A DNA stretch of 63,310 nt, counting the filler, from Saprolegnia diclina VS20 (lineage: Eukaryota): assembly GCF_000281045.1 (NCBI RefSeq). It is 5 parts of 4 records of this genome, joined end to end, with 100 filler letters (N's around TTAATTAATTAA, not from the genome) between each part and the next. Parts side by side here need not be neighbours in the genome. Positions count along the whole stretch, not along the records: positions 29,416 to 55,011 come from NW_008246073.1; 4 more parts are not named here. One strand, written 5' to 3'. This document shows, in pieces, positions 35,500 through 45,900 of the stretch. A program made the position numbers and the translations under genes. The notes beneath the pieces were generated by a model, which saw only the letters and a program-made list of their open reading frames with translations, was not told where the DNA came from and did not search any database. Position 1 is the stretch's first letter. Each line of letters starts with the position of its first letter.

Positions 35500-36405
35500 A
35501 TGCGCGAGAGCGGGGCCGCCGCTACTTTCTTAACATGCTCTTCCGGGGCAAACATCACTAACTCCTTGACGACTTGGCGCGACGCACAGCTTGAATGGAC
35601 ATCCTCCGCGACGGTCGAGGTCGATGCACGCTCATCCGACCGCAGAGGCACGCTACCCTGCGAGCCTCAGCCACCGCGATGCAAGAGAAGAGCCATTGCT
35701 GGAGTAGCCATGCTTGCTTTTGCTGCCGTCGTCGGTGGCCTCTTTTTGGCTGATGTCTTTACACCAAGTCGCCACACAACGGCTGCCTCGGAGCCTACCA
35801 CAGACCAGGCGACGCCGACGCCAGCGTTACCCGGACAACCGAAGCCCTCGTCAACGAACGCACCTGTGCCAGAAGAGACAAAAGAGTTTGTCGATGGTAG
35901 CCTCACGGATCAGCTACTGAGCCAACTCACAAAGCTTCGCGCCGCGCACAACCTCTCGGCGCCGGTTTGGAATACCACAATGGCCGCTTCCCTGCAGTCG
36001 TACGCCGCAACCTGCCCGGGAGATCGTCCCACAACGGCCCGTCCCATGGCAGCTGATGTCCGGCCGTACCAGTCGTGCACCGCGCCGGCGTGCACGCGGA
36101 GCTTGGGCCCGATGTGGTACTGGTTTCAAGATATCCAAGGGCTCTACTCGGCGATAGCTGATCGTCGCGTGTCGCCAGCGGACGCAATAGCAAGTCCCGC
36201 GTTCAATCCATGGCACCATATATTGAGCCCGCTGTCGATTCAGCTTGGCTGTGGCTTCACGACGGCCGCTCAACTGTGCTCTACGGCCCCCGCTGTTTGG
36301 TGTGCCTATGCCCCGTGGGGAGTACTGCCACCCAATATTCTCAACACAACGCCTCCCGTCGCCCCACGGTCCGTATCCGCGTCACTTTTACTAGCAGCAA
36401 AATAA
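35500..36405 (+). CDS. Type II membrane protein with divergent CAP/PR-1-like domain (paralogue A)
   Basis: TM AIAGVAMLAFAAVVGGLFL, Pro/Thr stalk, LRAAHN..PVWNTTMAASLQSYAATC, QLGCG, VWCAY. Confidence 0.72.
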   Translation: MRESGAAATFLTCSSGANITNSLTTWRDAQLEWTSSATVEVDARSSDRRGTLPCEPQPPRCKRRAIAGVAMLAFAAVVGGLFLADVFTPSRHTTAASEPTTDQATPTPALPGQPKPSSTNAPVPEETKEFVDGSLTDQLLSQLTKLRAAHNLSAPVWNTTMAASLQSYAATCPGDRPTTARPMAADVRPYQSCTAPACTRSLGPMWYWFQDIQGLYSAIADRRVSPADAIASPAFNPWHHILSPLSIQLGCGFTTAAQLCSTAPAVWCAYAPWGVLPPNILNTTPPVAPRSVSASLLLAAK

Positions 36406-37101
36406 CCCACGTGAGAAGTTGCTCATCTGCACTTTTGGTTTGGTCTGGGTACACAAAGCAGATGGTAGCAGTTGTTGTGTGACGGCTCGACGCCGCGCTT
36501 CGGATGAGTGTTATCAAACGCAGCACGCAACACGAAGCGAGGGCCGCAACTGACTGCAAGCATTTCTCGAAGTGGGTTCGAACGCTTCAGATAATGCTAG
36601 TATATGTAATAGTATATTGCAACGGATTCTTGTTGCTGTGGAACGTAGCTCTTTCCGCAACAGAGCTCGGGACCAGGTTTCGCGATCCTTTTATGATAAG
36701 GTGGTGGTCTCAGAGACACCACACGTTATATGTCTCACATCATGGCCAAACCACTAATGAACACTGATGTACGAGGTTTATGACGAGGGTTATTCGCAAC
36801 TTACTATTTGCGATTTATATATCTGGACCGGTATATCATGCGGCATCGTACCTATAGAGCATATCATGTATTATTGGGGGTATATTGCATTTAATATGTT
36901 GTGGAATTCTACAGAAATGAGTGCACATGACGTTCCCCTATAAATAATTGTGGTCGCCATGGTAATCAACGACAGACAGGCGTGGCCGGGCCCGTGTCTT
37001 TCAAACGCATCAGATACGGAAACCCAATGACCCAGTGATATAGCGTCTGTATGTGCGTGGAGTAGCCTCATCCCGTCGTGTACCGAGGTGGCCATTTGCC
37101 G

Positions 37102-38082
37102 ATGCGTACAGCCGCGCCGTCCTTGCTTTCGTGTTCGTCCACGGCCAGTGTCACGCGCTCGTTGCGGATTTGGCGCGAGTACCAATGGCCAGACTTTCGG
37201 CAGCGTGCGTCAAGTGACTCAGCACCGACAGCGCCCCGACGACGCCGCCGCACCTGCCTCTTGACGTTTGGGCTATTACTTCTCGGTGTTCTCGGGATCG
37301 TCGCGGTCGTTTTGACGATCACGACGATTGTTGAGCGTGCGTTACCAGTGACTGCGACGCCAACACCGGCACCCCATGCGCCGTCGGCCACGACCACGAC
37401 CGCACCGGCATTTAGTGAGACGAAATCACCACAAGCAACGGGCTCGTACACGACGCCTGTGCCAAGCTCCAATGACGTTGGCTCCATGTACGCACCAGAC
37501 CCGTACACGATTGTGTTCCCGTTGAACAGCACCCAAGAAGTGCCGCGGTCGACTAAAGTCTCGCGCATCGTCGAAACGGAAAGTCCAACCGACGAGGACG
37601 ACATTCTTTTGCCCGAAGAAGTTCAAGTGCACACGCAGCTCGCACGGCTACGCAATGCTATGGGCATGGAAAACGTCCCATTCTACAGCCGCGAGATCGC
37701 TCTCCGCGTCGGCAGCCTGGCCAACAGCTGCTCCAGCTTTGTGAATGAAACCGCGCTGCCACAGATCGCCCGCATACGGACTGTCAAGTGCTCCGCGGAC
37801 GCCTGCATCCATACGCTGGGGCCGATTTGGACATGGTTCGAGGCTGGCTTTGCGCAGTGGAATGAGGCAGCCAGCGAGTGTATGCAGCCTGCGTCACACG
37901 CGTGCCGCGCGCTCCGAGGCTGGCTCAACCCGGATTTGACCGAGTACGGCTGCGCTTGGTCCAACTGCACTCAAGGAGCAGCTGAGGTATGGTGTGAGTG
38001 GAATGTCATTCCGACCAACGTGACGGAGTACGTCATTCATCCAGTGAGCGCGTCGCAGTTGCTACCTCCTACTACTATTTAA
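37102..38082 (+). CDS. Type II membrane protein with divergent CAP/PR-1-like domain (paralogue B)
   Basis: TM LLTFGLLLLGVLGIVAVVL, Thr/Pro stalk, LGPIWTWF, EYGCAW..C..VWCEW. Confidence 0.7.
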   Translation: MRTAAPSLLSCSSTASVTRSLRIWREYQWPDFRQRASSDSAPTAPRRRRRTCLLTFGLLLLGVLGIVAVVLTITTIVERALPVTATPTPAPHAPSATTTTAPAFSETKSPQATGSYTTPVPSSNDVGSMYAPDPYTIVFPLNSTQEVPRSTKVSRIVETESPTDEDDILLPEEVQVHTQLARLRNAMGMENVPFYSREIALRVGSLANSCSSFVNETALPQIARIRTVKCSADACIHTLGPIWTWFEAGFAQWNEAASECMQPASHACRALRGWLNPDLTEYGCAWSNCTQGAAEVWCEWNVIPTNVTEYVIHPVSASQLLPPTTI

Positions 38083-38257
38083 AACACTTTTGGTCATAAG
38101 TGTTTGTGTGCACATGTGACAAACGGCCCAGCGAGGAAAACCTCCGGCTTTACGGCAGCTGAGAATGTACAGTAGTTTCACTGTCTTGCTCGTGTGGTGT
38201 GATTCTAGACACGCGTAACCGCTTCTGCTGGCCATTATTGCTTTCACAACGAACCAC

Positions 38258-39892
38258 ATGAGCACCGTAGCCCCGATCGAGCCAGCTGGCGCCGAGTCTG
38301 AAGCACGGCCGACGGACTTGGCCGCTGCGGGAACATTTCTCCCTCCGCCATCACCGTTGCCCATGGGACGCCCGAAGCTCGTGCTGCAGCTCTCTTCCGT
38401 GGACGAGCCACCGCCGGCGCCAGTCGCGGGCATGCTCGGCGCACTCAAGACGCACCACAAGGAGCAAATCAGCCCCGAAGAGAGCTTAAAAGAGGTCCAG
38501 GGCGATGGGCCCGCCGATCTAGCGACCGATACGTGTCGCTTCAAGCGCTTGGGCAAAGGGGCGGGCGGTGCCGTGTACCTCGCTTGCTACCTTCCGTCGT
38601 TGCAGCTGATTGCGATCAAAGAGGTCGTTATGCACCACGTCGAGGACCAACACATGGTAGCCCACGAGCTCCATGCGCTCCACGACAACCTCGTGCCGCT
38701 CGTGCAAGCGGCGACGCACAAGTCCATCAAGTTTCTCGGGAAGCTCTCGCATCGGAAGCTTCACATTGGGATTGCTCACCCGTGCCCGCAGATCGTGTCG
38801 TTCTACGGCGCGTTCGCAACGCCCAACAAGACGAGTGTCTCGATCGCCATGGAATACATGGACTGCGGCACGCTGCAGGTATAAGACGAACCGTCACGCG
38901 GCGGAGGCTCATGATGCCGTAGACGTTCATTGACAAGAAGATTGTGCTGCCAGAATCCATTCTCCGCCACATCTCTTACTGCACGGCGCAGGCGCTGGCC
39001 CACATGCACCGTTACCGGTCTGTGTTTTGAGGTCTCTCGAAAAACATATTCTCACTTGTCCGCGGTGTTGCAATAGGATGCTGCACCGAGATATTAAGCC
39101 GGCCAACATTCTCGTTGACCACAACGGCGAGTTCAAGGTATCTCATCACGCGGCTTGGTGGCTCGGTTACGCATACGTTTTTAGATCGCCGACTTTGGTC
39201 TTGCGTCGACATTGTCCAAGAGTGCTTCGTATTCGTCCGATTTTCAGGGCACCATGATGTACATGTCGCCCGAGCGGATCCAAGGCAACGAGTACTCCTA
39301 CCCGAGCGATATCTGGTCGATTGGCGTCACCCTTCTCACGCTCTCCCTCGGCAAATACCCTTTTGATAACCAAGAGGGGTTCTTTGGCCTTGAGGACGCA
39401 ATCGTGAACGAGCCGATCCCAGGCCCACCAGCAACGTTCTCGGCGGCTTGTCAAGCCTTTATTGCCGCGCTCTTGGTGAAGGATCCCTCGGCGCGACTCA
39501 CGGCCGAGGAGGCGCTTGCCCACGATTTTCTCAAGGACTACAGCCGGACACCGGCGTACGAGGCAGTATGGGCAACCATGAATCCGCAGACACCCATGCG
39601 ACCCGAAGACGTTCGTGCGCTCGTACATGCCATTCGGTGCCACGAAGCATCTGGGACCAAAACACGCGACGACGCATTCGACTTTCAGTCGCACCACCTC
39701 GAGAGCCTCAGCGCAGCGCACGCCTCGTGGAGCCAGAAGTGCGCCTTGGATGGTATGCTGTTCGTATTTCTGATGTAAGTATCGTGTAGACACGTTGCCA
39801 ACCTGGCAGCGACGTGCGCAACCTCTGTCGAGACGCTCCTTGCGTTCTTTCAAGAACCGCTGCCGGACGAAGCCATTCCCGTCGATAACTGA
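38258..39892 (+). CDS. MAP kinase kinase (STE7 family)
   Basis: LGKGAGGAV, IAIK, IVSFYGAF, MEYMDCG, HRDIKPAN, DFG, GTMMYMSPERI, SDIWSIG. Confidence 0.9.
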
Positions 39893-39946
39893 TCATGAGA
39901 TCGCATGGCAAGATCAACGGCGGGTATCCTGCTTAGCTGGGACGCA

Positions 39947-42667
39947 TTAAAAAAACGAAAACAAAGACTCGACTGCGTGGTAGTCGACTTGGAGTTGCTT
40001 GGCGAGACCATGGAGCGCCTTCATGCTACGGAAAAGAAAATGTCGTGAGGCAAACCTATATTAACATGGTACCGTTGCGCTGGGTCGTCCATGAGCGATG
40101 CGAGGCGACTGCGGTCGTGTGTGGCCATCCAGCCTTGGACCGCGGTCGCAATCTTCTGCAGTTCGGCAGCGTTCGCAGCCGTCGTCGTCATCGGCGCCTA
40201 CGATGCAAGAGGCATCTTTAGAAATATGCAATCGCGAAATGACGCACAATGACAGCGCTCGCGGGGGCAGCGGCGTGGCGCTTCAAAAACGGATGCGCCA
40301 AAAGCACTTGCGCTGGCGGTCGGTGCATTGGGTCCTTCTTCAAGCACTAGACCTCACATAGCGTGAACGCCAAGAATATTGAAGATAGTACGTACGAGAT
40401 CGAGAAAGTCGCAGAGGTCGGGTGAAAAGTGATCGCCAAAATCGCGCAGCCGCGGTGATGGCTGCTCTTGGACAGCATGGACAACACCCCAGTAGCCGTC
40501 TTCAGTGGGTACAGGCAGCCGTCCGATGGCACACGCCATCAATGCCAAGCCGAACGACCTACATTCGATTAAAACACAAGCTGTTGGACATTTTCTGTAC
40601 CAGACGTCCGACGGATACGAGTACGTGCCGCCGCTAATGCGCTCTGGCGCCATGTACCTAGGCTCATGATTCCATGTTTCGAGGTAAAAGTAGTCATTGG
40701 CGTACAAGAGCGTGCCCGTAAACGTCGTAGCTTTGGCCAGTGTGTTTTCGAGCTCGGTCGAGATGCCAAAGTCCGAGATCTTGACTGCACCTTGCTGGCT
40801 TACGAGGATGTTGCTGAGTTTGATGTCGCGGTGGAGCTGGTGGTGTTCGTGCAGGAAAGCAAGTCCACTGAGCACGCTTGTACCGATTTTGGCCAGCATT
40901 GACTCGGAGCACGGCCGGCCTGACTTCATCACGTCCTATACGCTTCCCCTATCAAGCACAAGGCATCCCGAGACGCATACGAACCTCGAGGGATCCGCCA
41001 TCCATGTACTCGAGCACGATCGATACGCTGCCAATCTCCGGGTTGGTATACGCGTCGTAAAACATGACGAGCTCGTCGCAGGCCGCCGTGACGCGCGTCT
41101 CGTGGAGCGACACAAAGTTGGCGTAGAGCGACTTGAGCTCGCGCAGCATTTGATGGCGCTTCTTTTGGTCGTAGACTCGAATGACCTTGAAAATGCTTGA
41201 GACCATATTAGCAGACATTCGATGACATCACCTTGACGGCCACGAGCTTGAACGTGGGCAAGTACAGAGCCTTGTAGACCTTGCCGCTGGCGCCATGCCC
41301 GAGCTCATGCAAGAGCACGAGCGAATCCTTCGTGCCGAGAAGCGTTGTTGTCACGGGCTGGAACGGCGTTCGCGAAATGCCCTCCGTCTAGCACAAAATT
41401 CGAAAATTGCGTGAGAAAGTTTGCGTACGTTGATGTCAAAGCCATGGGTCTGAAGCCGCCCTTCAGCCGTAAAGTCAAAGGATGCGTTGAGGTGCTTCTC
41501 TTCGTGCGCCACTTTGACCAGATCGAGGCCCAGATCCATCGCCTATCGAATCTCTCATTTCGTGCATGCTGCCAAGAAAGCAATTAAGCCTACGGGACGT
41601 CGCTTGGCAGGTGACGACTTGTAACGCGACGCATCTAGAGAGTGCAGGATAGAGAGCCAAGCATACCATCTCCTATCGTACCCGCTGAGAGGTCGAGCGT
41701 TGGCTTGACAAACGTCGTCGTCGCAGATGCCGACTGACGGCGGGCCACGCGCCCTTTCTCCGACTGCCCGTGGTGAACGCTATATTGGAGGTATTAAACC
41801 GTTGTCGACTGCGGAGGAAGCATACCGTGCGCGCAAGGCGGCAACAGGCGACGTCACGTCACTTGACCGTCGCTCGAGGGTCTCATGGCTTGGGATTCGG
41901 ATTGGCGCCGGCGCAGACGGCTGGAGCTTCTGGATCTCGCGCCATAGCTTCTTTTTGTGGGCCCGTGACGCCTGGCTCGATGCGTCCCAGCCATCGACAT
42001 CGTCTTGCGTCGCCCGAACGAGTCTCGGACCGTTCACACCCAGCGCCTCGAACGTGGACGCATAGATTGTCAAATCGACCTTCTCGAGCCACTCGAGCAC
42101 ATGAGCGACCGCCCAGTCGCTCACGGTAACGGGGCGCGGCGTTTCTTTTGGCGGCGATGGGGCCGCAAGTGGCGTGCGCTCATGCAGCACGAGCTTTCCC
42201 TTGCGATGGCGCGCATCGTTGCAGGACGCGCAATAGACGAGATCGCAGTCTTGGCAATAGACATCCCCATACGAGCCTTCGCACTCGTCGCACATGGGCG
42301 GCATCGGCTTGTGGCGAGGCGTCGACATGGAAGGCGGCGAATTGGGCGTCGTAGAGGCGGTCGTCGACGCCGACTCGGACCGGCTTTGGCGCCGCTGCCG
42401 TAGCTTGTCGCGTGGAGTCGGTGCTCCTGTCGAGGTCGATGCGGAGAGCGACGACGACGAGTTCAGCGTCCATGCCACGGGCGAGAGGTTGGACGGGTAC
42501 GAGAGGTACTCTCCGCCATCGTCGTCGGAGTCGTCGAGGAGCTCCATGACGGGCTCGCGCTTCCGAGGAACCACATCCTTGAGCCCAACGACGGACCCAT
42601 AGAGACACGTGTCATGCGTCGCTTCGCGGAAATGCATGGCCGTCTCCGCCGGCCGGTGGTCGTTCAT
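39947..42667 (-). CDS. MAP kinase kinase with N-terminal B-box and SAM domains
   Basis: CDEC..YCQDCDLVYCASCNDARH..H (B-box); WAVAHVLEWL..VNGPRL..HKKKL (SAM); LGHGASGKV, HRDIKLSN, TFTGTLL|YMAPERI; linked by plausible short introns. Confidence 0.82.
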
Positions 42668-42726
42668 ACTGGATTCCTCTTCTTTGTGGTCGGTGCAGGC
42701 TTCAACTTGGTCGGATTCGATTTGGG

Positions 42727-42817
42727 CCAATCGGCGTCTCGTTGGATTAAAATCCTCGGGTTTTTCGCCAATCGCATGGCTTTGCCTAGGATCCGAGCGG
42801 ACGGTATTTCAGCCAAT
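42727..42817. promoter_or_regulatory. Three GCCAATC boxes in a ~265-bp bidirectional promoter
   Basis: CCAAT at 42727, 42768 and 42813, between divergent ATGs at 42667 (-) and 42933 (+). Confidence 0.6.
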
Positions 42818-42932
42818 CCGCGTCCCGCGCGACTGTTGATACCTCCATCGGCAACGCTCGATGGCCGAAGTCGGGATCGCTTCCTCCCCGACCTAAAGCG
42901 ACCACGAAGAAGACGATACAAGCAGTTGGAAC

Positions 42933-45900
42933 ATGGGTGCGGAAGACCTCCTCGAGGAAGATGCACGGGCCGACTGGATCGAGCGCGGCTTCGCGCTCAA
43001 GGACTTTAGCATGAAGAAGATGACCAGTACATTGGTGGTCGATCAATGGGATCCTCATGCTGTGATCACATAGAGATATGGGACGACGAAGAGCGAGAAG
43101 AGCGAGCTCGCGAGAAGAAGAAGAAGATCATCGCGCTCAAGCACGTGCCGATCTCGGCCAACGTCCAGAAGGTCCTGAGCAAAGTCTCTGGCAGCGTCGC
43201 GCAGTCGTCATCCGCTGTCTTCGAGTCGCTCGCAAGCTACGAGCCGACGATCCTCCGCAATCGGCGTTGGCTCCGCGAGCATGTTGCGCTTATTCACCAG
43301 ATGGACGAGGAGAGTATGCGCTACAAGCGCCTCAAGCTCCAGAGCCATACGCAGTACCGCAAGGCGGCCAAGGAGATCGCCGAGAAGGAAGAAGATCGAC
43401 ACGCTCGCATCGAGCACAAGGCGCCGCTGCTTCGACGGCTCCGTAAGATGAAGACCGCTGCCGACACGAAGGATCGAGCCTACGAGAACGAGCAGCTCGA
43501 GGTACGCGACCCTTCTGACGACGTGGCTTAGCGACGTACGTGTATCTGTGTAGATCAAGTGGAAGTACTGGCGAGATCTCCAAACGCAAGAGAAGGAAGC
43601 GTACGAAAGCCAAGTGGAGACGCTCAGCGCAGCGCAGGTCGCACACAAACGGTTCATGAACATGCAGTATTGGCGCGCCAAGCTGGTTCAGAGCCGGAAA
43701 AACAGTGCAAATGCTACGGAAGCGCGGGACGCCGAGATGCGCGCCGAGGCCGAGGTAGACAACATCGACAAGTATCTACTCATGTCGTGCGCAGGCCAAT
43801 GTCGACCATGTGCTCAAAGAAATTGCCTTGGCCGACGGCGAGCCCGAGCGGTGGGAGAGCCTCGACATGGAGAGGTCGATCACGATGAATGGACTTGGTG
43901 TGTTTGGCATCCCCGTGGACCCGGGTGACTTCGAGTCGCTTGAAGACGGCGGGTTCCAGCCCGAGCTCGGTGCGTTTCGATCGTTTTTGATATGTGCCTA
44001 CCCTGGCATTGGTAGACGAGCACACGATCGCGTTTCCTACTGCCGGACCATTTGACATGAGCCACGAAGAAGTCCGCGTTGCCCTCCAAGACGCCTCGTC
44101 CAATCTGCGCGCGGCCCAGGAAAAGCAGTGGGCGCTCGATCGCGACTACGACGTGACGCGCCAAGACCATGCAACCATGACCGAGAAAGAGACCGAGATC
44201 CTCAAACTTTTGTCGCAGATCAAGGCCGACCACGACGATCTGCTCGAAGTACTCGCAGGCCCGCCACGCAGGGAACCCGGCGACCTCGAGCGCAGTCAAA
44301 TCCACGCATGGATGGAATTAAAGCAGTCGTTGGAATCACGCCTCGAGGATGTCCGTGCGCGCTTGCGTCTCGCTACGACACAGTTGAGCCGCCTTCGGGA
44401 TCATCTGGAGGCAGTCCAGGCCGACATCCGCGAGCACGAAGCGCGGTCGGACGCTCTGCAATTGACCGTTGATGGCTTCGACGGTGCGGCCAACGACCTC
44501 CCAATGGTCATCGGTCGGTCCATTGGCCGATTGCCCGATACGGCGCCGATGCTGCCACAAGCGCTACTTACGCGCATTTCCCACCGGACGCGGTTCGAGC
44601 TCATCAAAGCCGCGGCTGAGCCGGCGTTTCAAGTCTACGAAGAAGCCCGCGCCCTTGGTCTTGAGTCGTGGAAGGTATATAATCCAACATACCGGAGAAT
44701 ATTTTCGCAACAGTGCGATGTGTAGATCTCCAAGCAAAAAATGCTGAATGAAGGAGAGCTTGAAGCTGCGCTCCATCGGCTCGCTACGATCAAGGACAAG
44801 CTCCTCTCGCAGCAATCGCTCAACCAACGCGCGGATGTTGTGAATGCGGTCGAGAAGTTCCACGCCAAGCACCATTCGCTGTATTCCGTGCAAAAAATTT
44901 CTACGGGAGATCTCGAGTGGTGGAAGCAGCGCGACGAAGACAACTCGTTGGGCGTCTCGCTTTCGCCGCTCGGCGACACCATTCTCCTGGACGCGCCGTT
45001 GCGGCGAGGAGTTTTGCGCGGTGCCTGCCTCTTGCCGAGTCACAGCCTTTGGCAGCTACACTTTTCGGTTTGCGTTCGGCATAGCCCCATACGTACACTA
45101 AAAAATGTGCTTAGATCCGAATCCTGTCGACAGCAAGTCCCGCCTCCTTTACTCACGAAGACAAGGTCAAGGTGAGCTTCGGTACGACAGCGGCCGAGCA
45201 AACGCAAGCCGGCGTCTACAGTGTCATCAACGACCACGGCGAGGTAGGCACAGAGCCCAATGCGTGTCATCATGCTGCGGATATAGCTGCACGATCGCCA
45301 CGACTTGGTGATTGCGTTTGTGGGCACGCGGCTTTGCTACAGCATCGAGTATTGGAAGGGCCCATTGTCGCCGGCGCATGTCCTCGGCCTTGAGGCGGTC
45401 GGGCGGTTCACCGAAGACGTAACAGCTCAAGTCGATTTGTACTCAACCAAACACGTGCTCTCCGAGTACGTCAAGATGCTGCGGATCCAGAGCCACCAAG
45501 GCAACCACCGGATAGCTGCGCTTCTCGAGGAGCTCATTGCAGTCGACGCGAGCAGCGAAGAGCTTTGGGACTCCAAGGTGCTTCACGGCCACAATCAGCG
45601 CTTTCTTCGCACACACTACGCAGCGCAGTTGCGTGCTAGCATCCAAGCTGAGGTGCGCCCCAGCGCTTTGTCACGTCGCTCAAGACGCTGATTTTAGGTT
45701 TCCAAATCGATGGACAAGGACATTCGCAAGCGACGAGAGGCCTACGAGCAAGCCGTGCAGTCCCGAGCCTTGCACAACCGGCGAGAGAGTCAAGCAATCG
45801 CATCGCCACAAGAAATCCGTCTAGAAGCCTCCATGTAAAATGCCACTGCTCGTATACTAGTACAACATTCGCCCTCTGTAGGCTCGAGTACCGGCACAGA

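Noticed and set aside
36566..36590. GGTTCGAA T-loop-like motif
   Set aside because: No cloverleaf or acceptor stem around it
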